From NCBI GenBank assembly GCA_023473405.1, contig JAMCZD010000448.1, positions 1 to 34,181 of the forward strand: 34,181 bases of DNA. The letters run 5' to 3'. The number at the start of each line of letters is the position of its first letter. The stretch's first letter is position 1. Source of the stretch: Candidatus Omnitrophota bacterium. Lineage in GTDB: Bacteria; Verrucomicrobiota; Verrucomicrobiia; Limisphaerales; UBA1319. The translations under genes were made by a program, and so were the position numbers. The notes below the pieces were generated by a model that had not been told where the DNA came from, did not search any database, and saw only the letters and a list, made by a program, of their open reading frames with translations. Below, piece after piece: positions 1 to 9,468 of this stretch.

Positions 1-1803
1 CGGTTGCTGCCGGTAAAAGTCCTCAACCTGCTTCAGCACCGCGGTGGTGCGTTGGGCGGTCGCGCCAACAGGCAACTGGATGGTGGTAATGAAGAAGCCC
101 TGGTCTTCCTCCGGCAGAAACGACGAAGGCAACCGGAGATAAAGGAAGGCCATCACGCCCACCACGACCGCGTAAACAAGCATGCTGCGGACCGGTCGTT
201 TCAACCAACCCGCCACCCAGCCTTGATACCGGGTCGTGCTCGCGGCAAAGAACCGGTTGAACCAGCCGAAGAAGCCGCGTTTCCCGTGTTTGTGTCCTTT
301 TTGGATTGGCTTCAGCAGGGTGGCACAGAGCGCGGGTGTCAATGACATGGCCAGGAGGACCGAGAACAACATGGCCGACACCATGGCCAGCGAAAACTGC
401 CGGTAAATGGTGCCCACCGAACCGCTGAAAAACGCCATTGGGATGAACACCGCGGTGAGCACGAGCGTGATGCCCACCAGCGCGCCCGTGATCTGGCCCA
501 TGGCTTTCCGCGTGGCCTCGCGTGGTGCCAGCCCTTCGTCGTGCATGATGCGCTCCACGTTTTCCACTACCACAATGGCGTCGTCCACCAGGATGCCGAT
601 GGCCAACACCACTCCGAACATCGTCAGCACGTTGATCGAGAATCCGAACGCATAGAGGCTCAGGAAAGTGCCAAGCAGCGCCACCGGAATCACAATGGTG
701 GGAATTAGAGTGGCGCGGAGATTCTGCAGGAACAAATACATGACCAGAAACACTAAAGTAATGGCCTCGAGAAGTGTCTTGATCACTTCCTCGATCGAGA
801 TGCGGATGAAGTCCGAGGAGTCCATGGGATAACCCACCACGATGCCCGCGGGGAAGAATTTCGCCAGCTCACGCATCCGTTGTTGCACGGCGGTGGCGGT
901 GGACAAGGCATTGGCTCCGGACGCCAGCTTGATGGCTATGCCTACACCCGGCTGGCCGTTGGCGCGCGCCATCATGCTGTAGCTCTGGCCGGCCATTTCA
1001 ACGCGGGCCACATCGCTCAGTTTCACCCGCGAGCCATCCGGGTTTACCCGAAGGAGAATCCTTTCAAACTCGGCGGGCGTTCGCAAGGTGGCCTGGGCGC
1101 GGAGAGTGACATTCAACTCCTGGCCCGGCACTGCGGGACGGTCTCCCAGTTGCCCGGCCGACACGTCGGTGTTCTGAGCGGCAATGGCAGCCGTGACGTC
1201 ATTGGCCGTAAGGTCGTAACTATTGAGTCTGTCCGGATCGAGCCAGATGCGCATGGCGTATTCGGACCCGAACATGTTCGCTTCGCCCACACCGGAAACC
1301 CGCCGAATGGAATCCAATACGCTGGAGGACACGAAATTGCCGAGCGCGTATTGGTCCAGATTGCCATTGGTGCAGGAGAGGCTGATGATCATCATGAAAT
1401 TGTGCGTGGCCTTTGCCACCGTCACACCCTGTTGTTGAACGGTCTGCGGAAGGCTTGGCATGGCCAGTTGCACCTTGTTTTGCACCTGCACCTGAGCGGT
1501 ATCGGCGTTGGCACCCGGCTTGAAAAACAATGTGAGCTGTGATTGGCCGCTGCTGCTGCTGCTGGCGGTCATGTATTGCAGGTTATCGAGACCGGTCATT
1601 TGTTGCTCCAGCAGCGTAGTGACCGTGTCCTGGACCGTTTCGGCGGAGGCCCCGGCGTAATTGGCCGAAACCGAAATGGAAGGCGGTGCGACGTTGGGGT
1701 ATTGCGCCACGGGCAAATGCGTGATCGCCAGCACACCCGCCAGCATGATCAGGATCGAAATAACCGTCGCGAATACCGGGCGGTCTATGAAAAACTTGGC
1801 CAT
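1..1803 (-). CDS. acrB: RND efflux permease, AcrB/MexB family (3' part outside window)
   Basis: Not in ORF track. ATG at 1803 after AAGGAA; translates [41 protein letters not shown]...[14 protein letters not shown]...[16 protein letters not shown]. Confidence 0.95.
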   Translation of the reverse strand, partial: MAKFFIDRPVFATVISILIMLAGVLAITHLPVAQYPNVAPPSISVSANYAGASAETVQDTVTTLLEQQMTGLDNLQYMTASSSSSGQSQLTLFFKPGANADTAQVQVQNKVQLAMPSLPQTVQQQGVTVAKATHNFMMIISLSCTNGNLDQYALGNFVSSSVLDSIRRVSGVGEANMFGSEYAMRIWLDPDRLNSYDLTANDVTAAIAAQNTDVSAGQLGDRPAVPGQELNVTLRAQATLRTPAEFERILLRVNPDGSRVKLSDVARVEMAGQSYSMMARANGQPGVGIAIKLASGANALSTATAVQQRMRELAKFFPAGIVVGYPMDSSDFIRISIEEVIKTLLEAITLVFLVMYLFLQNLRATLIPTIVIPVALLGTFLSLYAFGFSINVLTMFGVVLAIGILVDDAIVVVENVERIMHDEGLAPREATRKAMGQITGALVGITLVLTAVFIPMAFFSGSVGTIYRQFSLAMVSAMLFSVLLAMSLTPALCATLLKPIQKGHKHGKRGFFGWFNRFFAASTTRYQGWVAGWLKRPVRSMLVYAVVVGVMAFLYLRLPSSFLPEEDQGFFITTIQLPVGATAQRTTAVLKQVEDFYRQQP

Positions 1804-1815
1804 ACCTGCGATTCC

Positions 1816-3063
1816 TTAGCGAGCCGACACCGTCGACGCGGATACTTGTGTGCCATTGGTATAACTGGACTGGAATGGGGTCGGCACCACGGTCATACCC
1901 ACCCTGACCTTTTGCAGTCCCTCGACAATGACGCGCTCGCCGGCTTTCAAACCGCTGCTGACGATCCACTTGTCGCCGGATACCGACTCCGTCTGGATGA
2001 GCCGTTTTTCAACCTGGTTCCGGGCGTTGACGACCAGAACACTGGCCTGGCCGACGGCATCCCGCGCCACCGCGCGCTGGGAAACGGCTAGGGCCTGGCT
2101 GTTCACCGCCACTTCAACCTTGCCGCGGACGAACATGCCCGGAAGCAGCGTCTCGTCCGGATTGTCGAACCTGGCGCGCAGCGTCACTGAATCCGTGCTT
2201 TCATCCACCGAAATATCGGAGAAAAGCAGCTTGCCCGTGCACGAATAGACCGACCCGTCTTCAAGGATTAATTGAACCTTGGCCTCACCCGTCCCGATGC
2301 CCTGCAGTTTGCCCCCTTCCAGTGCATGGCGCAGTTTCAGGATTTCGGCGCTGGATTGGGTGAAATCCACATAAACGGGATCGAGCTGCAGAATGACGGC
2401 CAATTTGGTGGCCTCGGTCGCGCTGACCAGCGCGCCCTCGGTCACCAGCGACTTGCCGATGCGCCCCGATATCGGCGCAGTCACCTTGGTATAGCCCAGG
2501 TTAAGCGAGGCCGTCTGCAAAGCCGCTTTGGCTGCCAAGACATCCGCCTGGCTTTGCAGGGCAACGGCTTTGGCTTCCTCGTAAACCTGCTGGCTGACGC
2601 CGTTGATCTTCACCAGAGTCTCTTTGCGCCGGGCATCCGCCTTTGCCCGCTCCTCCGTGGCTTCCGCTCTCGCCAGGTTCGCCTTGGCGCTGTCGTAAGC
2701 CGCCTGCAGCGGCGCGGGATCGATCTGATACAGCACTTGATCGGTTTTCACATCGGCCCCTTCCTCGAAAAGCCGTTTCAACAGAATACCCGTGGCGCGC
2801 GCCCGCACCTCGGCGACTCGAAAGGCGCTCACACGCCCCGGCAATTCGACCGTCACCGGTATCGATTCGGGAGCGATTGTCACCACCCCTACTTCGGACG
2901 GCGGCATCGCGCCTCCCGGCGGTCCGCCGCCGGCACCGCCTTTGGGAGAGCGCCCGCAGCCGGCAATAGCAACCAGGATTGAGGTCGCGAACAGTATCGT
3001 TGCGCTCTTGTGATCGCACCACATGAGCAGCCATTTTAGGGTACGCATAGAGAATTTGGTCAT
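1816..3063 (-). CDS. acrA: RND periplasmic adaptor (AcrA/MexA) lipoprotein
   Basis: Lipobox IAGC; ELPGRVSAFRVAEVRARATG, LYQIDPAP, APISGRIG, LLPGMFVR, EGLQK motifs. Start may lie slightly downstream. Confidence 0.93.
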   Translation of the reverse strand: MTKFSMRTLKWLLMWCDHKSATILFATSILVAIAGCGRSPKGGAGGGPPGGAMPPSEVGVVTIAPESIPVTVELPGRVSAFRVAEVRARATGILLKRLFEEGADVKTDQVLYQIDPAPLQAAYDSAKANLARAEATEERAKADARRKETLVKINGVSQQVYEEAKAVALQSQADVLAAKAALQTASLNLGYTKVTAPISGRIGKSLVTEGALVSATEATKLAVILQLDPVYVDFTQSSAEILKLRHALEGGKLQGIGTGEAKVQLILEDGSVYSCTGKLLFSDISVDESTDSVTLRARFDNPDETLLPGMFVRGKVEVAVNSQALAVSQRAVARDAVGQASVLVVNARNQVEKRLIQTESVSGDKWIVSSGLKAGERVIVEGLQKVRVGMTVVPTPFQSSYTNGTQVSASTVSAR

Positions 3064-4547
3064 TGCCAGCCTCCACCCAAGGCCTCGTAGAGTGAAACTT
3101 GGCTGGCCAACTTGTTGAATCGAGCTTGCAGCAGGCCTTGCTGCGCGCTGTAAAGGTCCTGTTGGGCCGAGAGGACGTTCAGGTAAGAGTCTTCGCCTTC
3201 CCGGTAGCGTGCGGTGGCCAACTCGTAGCGCCGCTGCTGGGTGACTACGAGCGCGCCTTCGTCTTTGATTTGCTGGGCAAAAGTGCTGTTGGCCACCAGC
3301 GCGTCGGCCACTTCGCTGAATGCCGTCTGGATGGCCTTTTCATAATTGGCTATTTCGATTCGCTTGCCCACCTTGGCGGACTCGAGACTGGCGAGGTTTC
3401 GTCCGCCGGTGAAGATCGGCAGCGTGATTTGCGGCGAGAAATTCCACACACCGGTCCCACCGCTGAAAAGCTCCGAGAGCTCGGAACTCGTGGAGCCAAT
3501 AGCCGCGGTTAGAGTGATCGCGGGGAAGAACGCCGCGCGGGCGGCGCCGATATTGGCGTTGGCCGCCTTCAACACATGCTCGGCTTGCAGGATATCGGGG
3601 CGGCGCTCTATCAACTCGGAAGGCAGGCCAGCCGGGATTTCGGATAATAGATTGGTATTCAGGAAGGGACCGGGCGCGGGCAGGTTCGCAGGCAATGTCC
3701 GGCCAAGCAGCAACGCCAGGGCGTCCTGCGCCTGCGCCAATTGCCGTTGGTATGCCACCATGTTAATTCTTGCCGTCTGCACCTGCCCCTCCGATGTGCG
3801 CAAATCCAGCTCATTGTTGGCCCCGGCCTCGAAGGCAGCCTTGTTCAGTTTGTAGGAGTCCTCGACCGCCACCAGCGTCTGATTCGCCACCTTCAGTTGC
3901 TCTTCGGCCTCCCGCAGCGCGAAATATTGGATGGCGACTTCGGCCATGAGCGAAATCTGCACGCTGCGCCGGGCTTCTTCTGTGGCGAAATAATCTTCCA
4001 GTGCTTGTCGATTCAAGCTGCGCACCCGGCCCCACAGGTCCACCTCATATGCCGTTGACCCGAGACTGGCGCTCCATTGGCTGAGAGTGAAAGAGGAAGA
4101 CCCGCCGGAACCGGCGTTGCCCTGAGGGAAGCCTGCCAATGAAGACTTCGAACGGGTGAAATTTCCGTTGGCATCCACCGTCGGGAACAACGCAGACCGC
4201 GTGATCCGATACTGGGCCCGGATTTGTTCGACTCTGAGGGTCGCTGCCCGCAAATCACGGTTGTTCGCCAGCGCCAATTCGACCAGCCTCTTCAGACGTT
4301 TCTCGGCAAAAAAGTCCTTCCACGGTATCTCCGCAGAGCGGTTTTCATTGGCTCCGGTAACGCCCGGGTACTGCGAGGGAACGGGCGCAGCCGGCCGTTC
4401 GTACTTCGGAATCATCGTGCATCCAGGCACGAAGAGCGCCGCGATGAGGAGGCAAACCCGGCTTAGGCTCGCCTTTTCGGGGCGCTTGGCGGGTTGATCC
4501 TCGGTGCGAGTATCGCTCATGGCGGAGTCTATGACTGCTCGTTTCAT
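3060..4547 (-). CDS. Efflux outer-membrane lipoprotein, OprM/NodT family
   Basis: GCTMIPKYERPAAPVP, LALANNRDLR, YEVDLWGRVRSL, RRPDILQAEH, ARAAFFPAITLT, LYEALGGGW; ATGA overlaps with both neighbours. Confidence 0.93.
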   Translation of the reverse strand: MKRAVIDSAMSDTRTEDQPAKRPEKASLSRVCLLIAALFVPGCTMIPKYERPAAPVPSQYPGVTGANENRSAEIPWKDFFAEKRLKRLVELALANNRDLRAATLRVEQIRAQYRITRSALFPTVDANGNFTRSKSSLAGFPQGNAGSGGSSSFTLSQWSASLGSTAYEVDLWGRVRSLNRQALEDYFATEEARRSVQISLMAEVAIQYFALREAEEQLKVANQTLVAVEDSYKLNKAAFEAGANNELDLRTSEGQVQTARINMVAYQRQLAQAQDALALLLGRTLPANLPAPGPFLNTNLLSEIPAGLPSELIERRPDILQAEHVLKAANANIGAARAAFFPAITLTAAIGSTSSELSELFSGGTGVWNFSPQITLPIFTGGRNLASLESAKVGKRIEIANYEKAIQTAFSEVADALVANSTFAQQIKDEGALVVTQQRRYELATARYREGEDSYLNVLSAQQDLYSAQQGLLQARFNKLASQVSLYEALGGGWQ

Positions 4548-5239
4548 TTGGATGGTCGTTTCCTCGATTCCCCCGGCAGAGGCGCCCTGAATGCGGCGGC
4601 TGCGAATGCGACGAATCTGTTGATGTAAGTCTCCGCGTCCATCCGCAGGCTTCTCATACCTGGAAGTTGCCTGTGCAGCAGCAGCAGCGATTGATGCAAG
4701 GCCCCCAAAAGCAGGTGCATACGCCAGAACACGCCCTCAGCCCCCAGTTCCGGCATCAGCCGCCGCAGGGCCGCGTCAAAGCGTTTCACCACCGGCTCGA
4801 AATGGCTGTGTATCACGTTTTCAACGGCTGGATTCGGCTCAACGAAACTACGCGCCATCAGCATTCCAAAGGTATTGCCGCCGCGCTTTGGGTCCATCGC
4901 CCGCTCGACTGCGGGGCGGAACATCGCTTCGAGAATCGCCTCAAGTGTCGGGGGCTTGTCTCCAGCCGCTTTTTCCACCGCCTCCAAGGCGAGGAGTCTC
5001 TGCTGAGAAACCGAGGAAATCCCGCGCTCAAATACCGCTCCGATCAGCTTTTCCTTGGTGCCAAAGTGGTAGTTGATGGCCCCAAGATTGGCGCCCGCTT
5101 CCCCCGTGATGTCCCGGATCGACACCGCATCCAGGCCGCGCTCGGCAAATAGCCTTTCAGCGACGTCCAACACCCTCTCGCGGGTTGCGCCCAGAGGCTC
5201 TTCCTCCATCCCCCGTTTTGATGCGCTTTCTGCCTGCAT
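4544..5239 (-). CDS. TetR-family regulator, PsrA-like
   Basis: HTH TRERVLDVAERLFAERG...GANLGAINYHFGTKEKL; C-terminal FWRMHLLLGA and FAAAAFRAP resemble PsrA. Confidence 0.9.
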   Translation of the reverse strand: MQAESASKRGMEEEPLGATRERVLDVAERLFAERGLDAVSIRDITGEAGANLGAINYHFGTKEKLIGAVFERGISSVSQQRLLALEAVEKAAGDKPPTLEAILEAMFRPAVERAMDPKRGGNTFGMLMARSFVEPNPAVENVIHSHFEPVVKRFDAALRRLMPELGAEGVFWRMHLLLGALHQSLLLLHRQLPGMRSLRMDAETYINRFVAFAAAAFRAPLPGESRKRPSK

Positions 5240-5240
5240 A

Positions 5241-5286
5241 AATCATTCAAACGTATGATTGATACAGGTGAACGAATCCTTGTCAA
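5241..5286 (-). promoter_or_regulatory. Promoter of tetR-efflux operon with PsrA-box-like operator
   Basis: TTGACA at 5286-5281, weak -10; TTCAAAC-GTAT-GATTGAT at 5246-5263 resembles TTCAAAC-N4-GTTTGAA; overlapping AATCAT-N8-ATGATT palindrome at 5241-5260. Confidence 0.6.
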
Positions 5287-5489
5287 CTCCCTTCCTGCAA
5301 GCGCGCCACGAAGGATATTGCGGCCGTCCGGCTTTCTGTGTAAAGAAGAGAACCGATATAAGCCAACGTATGAAAAAAATTGTTCGTCCCGCAATTGGCC
5401 CGCTCGAACCCGCCCGGAAACAGGCGGTTAGCCGGCCAGGTTCGTGATCCCCCGCGAACGCCTGGAATCATCAAAACAAAGGAACCGCC

Positions 5490-6923
5490 ATACCAACCCA
5501 ACTGCAATCCCGAGTTCAAGCCAACTGGCATTACCTGCTGCCCATCTGCGTGGTGGCCACGCTGGGAGGCCTGCTGTTTGGCTATGACACCGGCGTAATC
5601 TCCGGCGCCATCGAGCCGCTTACCGCGTGTTTCCGGCTCAACGACGTTATGAAAGGCTGGGCGTCCGGTTGCGTGCTGGTCGGATGCGCGGCGGGCGTCC
5701 TGATGGTCGGACCAATCTCGGACCGCTTCGGGCGCCGGTTGGCGATGTTTCTCGCGGCCGCGATGTTTCTCGCCTCCGCCATCGGCACGGCCCTGCCGCG
5801 AGACATCTGGACCTTCATATTCTTCCGACTCATTGGCGGCCTAGGCATTGGCATCGCTTCCATCTCGACACCGATGTATATTGCGGAAATCACGCCGGCG
5901 CACCTTCGCGGGCGCATGGTTGCGGTGAACCAGATCGCCATCGTGATCGGCATTGCCGCCACCGCCTTTATCAATTACTTCATCGCGCACTCCAGGGGCG
6001 ACCCCGCGGAACCTGAGATACAGGCTTGGCTCGTCAATTCCGGCTGGCGCTGGATGTTCGGCACGGGCATCGTGCCGGCACTCCTGTTCGGCCTGTTGCT
6101 GATTCCATTGCCCGAAAGCCCGCGTTGGCTGATCGAGAAAAAACACGAGGACAGGGCGCGGTGCATTTTGGGTAAGGTCGGCGGACCGGCATTCGCCGCC
6201 GGGGAGTTCGACCGCATCAAGGCCGCGATGTCGCAAGCGCAGGGTTCGTGGGGCGAACTGTTTGCCGCCAAACTGAAGCGTCCGTTGTTCATCGGGGTTC
6301 TGCTCGCCATCCTGCAGCAGGTGACCGGCATCAACGTCTTCCTGTATTTCGGCGCCACTATATTCAAGACCATGAGCGCCAAGACAGGTGTGGATGCCGG
6401 CCTGCTGACGCAGATTGTCATCAACGGGTCCTGCGTGTTGTTCACTGTGGTTGCGATTGCGACCGTGGACAAATGGGGCCGCAAGCCGCTGATGCTCCTG
6501 GGCACGACCGGCATGGGCATCAGCCTCGCCGCCATGGGTTTGATGGCTCAAGTCGGCACCAATCCCGCCACAGCGAGCAACTGGATGCTGTTCCTCATCA
6601 TCCTTTACATCGCGTGTTTCGGGCTGTCCGTCGGCCCGGTGACTTGGGTGATCCTGTCCGAAATCTTCCCCACAGCGGTGCGCGGACGCGCCCTTGGCCT
6701 CGCCACGTTCTTTCTGTGGACCGCTGATTATGCCGTCACGCAGACCTTCCCGATGATGGACGCGAGAGACTCCTGGTTCGTGAAGCAGTTCAATCACGCT
6801 TTTCCGTTTTATGTCTATGCCGCCTTCTGCGTGGCGCTCGTGGCGTTGGTGCTGGCGCTCGTGCCTGAAACCAAGGGCCGATCGCTGGAGGAGATCGAGC
6901 AAAGTTGGACGCGCAAGCGTTGA
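5490..6923 (+). CDS. Sugar porter family MFS transporter (XylE/AraE-like)
   Basis: GGLLFGYDTG, DRFGRR, PMYIAEITP, PESPRWL, LQQVTGIN, SEIFP, PETKGRSLEEI. Frame is open upstream of GTG 5550 to an ATA at 5490 with SD AAGGA. Confidence 0.92.
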   Translation: MPTQLQSRVQANWHYLLPICVVATLGGLLFGYDTGVISGAIEPLTACFRLNDVMKGWASGCVLVGCAAGVLMVGPISDRFGRRLAMFLAAAMFLASAIGTALPRDIWTFIFFRLIGGLGIGIASISTPMYIAEITPAHLRGRMVAVNQIAIVIGIAATAFINYFIAHSRGDPAEPEIQAWLVNSGWRWMFGTGIVPALLFGLLLIPLPESPRWLIEKKHEDRARCILGKVGGPAFAAGEFDRIKAAMSQAQGSWGELFAAKLKRPLFIGVLLAILQQVTGINVFLYFGATIFKTMSAKTGVDAGLLTQIVINGSCVLFTVVAIATVDKWGRKPLMLLGTTGMGISLAAMGLMAQVGTNPATASNWMLFLIILYIACFGLSVGPVTWVILSEIFPTAVRGRALGLATFFLWTADYAVTQTFPMMDARDSWFVKQFNHAFPFYVYAAFCVALVALVLALVPETKGRSLEEIEQSWTRKR

Positions 6924-6949
6924 ACCACCCGCGGAAATCGACATTACGA

Positions 6950-7228
6950 AACCGGCTGGAACGGCTGCCGCGGCCCGTCGGCCCGGGGTGCGACATTGGC
7001 GCATTTGAGTTAATGCCGGCCCCTAGAGTCACCAGGGATTCACCTGATGCGCTTCAGGTTGAGATGTTGCTGAAACCCTCGAGCGATTACCAAATTGAAA
7101 CCTCGAGCGATCTGGTAAACTGGACCTTGTTCACCACAGTCCGCTCGGATGATCAGGGCAAGGTTGCCTTTTCCGCCAGCACGGAGGACAATGGGCCATC
7201 TCGCTTTTACCGCGCCGCCACTCCTTAA
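6950..7228 (+). pseudogene. C-terminal remnant of a secreted protein (DIGAFE anchor motif plus Verrucomicrobia-type terminal domain)
   Basis: RPVGPGCDIGAFE then YQIETSSDLVNWT...SRFYRA-stop; no N-terminal body or signal peptide. Confidence 0.6.
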
Positions 7229-7345
7229 CCATTGGTATTCTACCGCACCGTGAAACCTTAATTGGTTTGCGGTTATCGGCAGCGTTTTCTTCCGGTTAAT
7301 TCGTCCGAAACCAGGTGCCAAGAATGATCGAACTGGCGTTCGATG

Positions 7346-9286
7346 CTACTTTGCTTTATTCAAATGCGATAAGGCGCGCAGTTCCCCGATTGTCCAGGGA
7401 ACTTCCCGCGGCACGAATCTGACTCGAATCGAGCTCTTTCCACGCGTCAATTTCGGCGGAAGTTCAAGATCGCTCTCGGCCAGGCGTTTCCAGGGGTTCC
7501 GATCCGGGTCATACCAGGTGCCTGCCGGGGTATCGTCCACGAATACGAAAGCGCCTTGAGGACCGGCTGACTGGTCCAGCACGCGGCGCAGTCGCACCCC
7601 CGAATTCGCCGGATTGATGCGGAGGACCCGGGTCACCGCATCTGTGGTTTTGAGGATGTCAGCTCTGACCAGAACATCGTCATCGTCACCTTCGAAATAG
7701 TTTTGAAGCGTTTCGACGTCCGGGCCGGAGAACGAGACGGCATCGCTCTGGACCAGGCCGATGGGGTCGCGCGCATACCAAAAGGCGAGGCTGGCGTAGC
7801 GGCTGTCGGTGTCGTTGACGCCACCATGCTCGATGCCGCAGCGGATGGCGCTGCAAAAGCGCACGGGCGCTTCCAGGTGGACCCGGTAATAGCAGGCGGG
7901 AAAGTCATAAAAGGTCTTGCCGTTTCCCGCGCGTTCGGCCTCGGCTACAACATCCCCCACGCACCCGTGGAACGGGGTGTGGTTATCCGAGTTCGGCCAG
8001 CAGGCTTGGTGATAGTAATCTTCCGTGCCTGTCCCGTAAAAGGCCGGTGACCGGCTGCCATCGATGTAGAAGCGGATGTCGCCCTCGCAGTAGTGCCCGC
8101 CTATGAGCCGATGCACCACGCCGACGTACTGGCCTTGCCCCTTGGTATCGAGGAAAATCCAGTCGCGCCCGCGGGTGGTTGACCCCTCATGATACCAGGC
8201 GCGAAAGTATCCCGTCCGCTCTTCGGCGTAGGGTTCGGACCGCCAGCTCACGCGGAAGCCAATTTGCGCGGCCGATTTGGTCCCGCGATTCTCGAGCCGG
8301 ATGCGCGCGCTTTTCCAGAACGGCATTGGGAAATAGGAGTAGCCTTCGTCTCCACGAATCCCAAAGCATAGAGACGGAATGTCCTGCCACCGCACGCCAG
8401 CCCCGAAGAAAAAACCGAGGGGGGCTTCAACGTCCTTTGCCTGGCCATCCCAGGACATAACCAGCCAGAGCGATTGAATGGCGTCCTTGGCCAGGGGAAT
8501 CCTGATCCGGATGGAGGCCACCGCCCCCGCGCCGTTGAGGTCTAAGAGGTTTGTCGAGGCGCCCGGGGCGAGACTCGCCAGCCCCGAAACCTCCTCAAGC
8601 CCGGCCCAATGCTTCGGGTCGCTGCCAATTTGCGTCCAGTCCGACTTCAATGCCGAGAGGTCCTGGTCGCGGCTCCACGGCGTTACCAGGGCGGGATTCC
8701 GATACCGCTCGGCGATCACGTGGTAGAAAGGGCTGGGGTGGCGAGTGGTGATAAGGCATCTCTCTCGAAAACCGAGCGGGACAAAGGACCAGTGCGAGAC
8801 GCACTTCCAGGGACCGCTGGCCACCAGCGCTTTCCTTACCAACGGAAGCGGGAAACCGGGGATGCGTCCCTGGAAAAAGTCATCCTGCGCGGCATCGACG
8901 ACTACCTTTCCGTCCAGTTCGATCCAAATGTCGTGCTCGCCGAGACCCCAAAACGTTCGGACGCAGCCAGGGCCTATCGCGTCGAAGAGGACCGCGCGCC
9001 GGGCGTTGGTTTCCGAGTTGCTGGCAGAATCAGGAGGGGCGTCGTAAAGGCAGTAGCCGCCGTCGCCGTTCAAACCTTGCTTGTTATGGCTGGACACCTG
9101 GTAGGTGGATATGTCCGGAGCAAGCAATGGCAAATCCGTTACCTCGACCGCGCTAATCCGGCCAGGCAGGCATCCCAATAAACCCAGCGCCAACACCAGG
9201 ATTCGCGCCGGCAGATCAAGGCGATGCTTTGGAAATACGTCGGTAACACCAGGCCCCGATCGGGCGGGCGTTTTGGAATTCTTCAT
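7346..9286 (-). CDS. DUF2961 / GH172-like secreted glycoside hydrolase
   Basis: QVSSHNK, GPGCVRTFW, APLGFFFG, YFPMPF, GQGQYVG, CEGDIRFYIDG, GTGTEDYY, IEHGG. Likely start at 9286, not 9469. Confidence 0.8.
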   Translation of the reverse strand: MKNSKTPARSGPGVTDVFPKHRLDLPARILVLALGLLGCLPGRISAVEVTDLPLLAPDISTYQVSSHNKQGLNGDGGYCLYDAPPDSASNSETNARRAVLFDAIGPGCVRTFWGLGEHDIWIELDGKVVVDAAQDDFFQGRIPGFPLPLVRKALVASGPWKCVSHWSFVPLGFRERCLITTRHPSPFYHVIAERYRNPALVTPWSRDQDLSALKSDWTQIGSDPKHWAGLEEVSGLASLAPGASTNLLDLNGAGAVASIRIRIPLAKDAIQSLWLVMSWDGQAKDVEAPLGFFFGAGVRWQDIPSLCFGIRGDEGYSYFPMPFWKSARIRLENRGTKSAAQIGFRVSWRSEPYAEERTGYFRAWYHEGSTTRGRDWIFLDTKGQGQYVGVVHRLIGGHYCEGDIRFYIDGSRSPAFYGTGTEDYYHQACWPNSDNHTPFHGCVGDVVAEAERAGNGKTFYDFPACYYRVHLEAPVRFCSAIRCGIEHGGVNDTDSRYASLAFWYARDPIGLVQSDAVSFSGPDVETLQNYFEGDDDDVLVRADILKTTDAVTRVLRINPANSGVRLRRVLDQSAGPQGAFVFVDDTPAGTWYDPDRNPWKRLAESDLELPPKLTRGKSSIRVRFVPREVPWTIGELRALSHLNKAK

Positions 9287-9305
9287 CGGCCCTATTACGC
9301 CCGAA

Positions 9306-9452
9306 TCAGGCAACCACATCAAACGAAATTCCTTCCAGCATCTCCGCCAAAATCTCAGCCACCGTTCCCACGCACTTCGCGCCGGTCTTGTGCAGCAGGT
9401 CCTGCTGAATGAAACGCTCCCGCCCCTCGGATGTCCGCAGGTCGCAACCCTC
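9306..9452 (-). pseudogene. C-terminal remnant of a C_GCAxxG_C_C family protein
   Basis: GCDLRTSEGRERFIQQDLLHKTGAKCVGTVAEILAEML resembles the family C-terminus; N-terminus absent. Confidence 0.55.
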
Positions 9453-9468
9453 CGGCTGGCGCTCCCCA

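Noticed and set aside
4-2982. Multiple plus-strand ORFs
   Set aside because: Antisense to acrB/acrA.
7071-7111. Near-perfect 16-bp direct repeat TGAAACC(C)TCGAGCGAT
   Set aside because: Two copies inside a gene remnant; no evidence of function.
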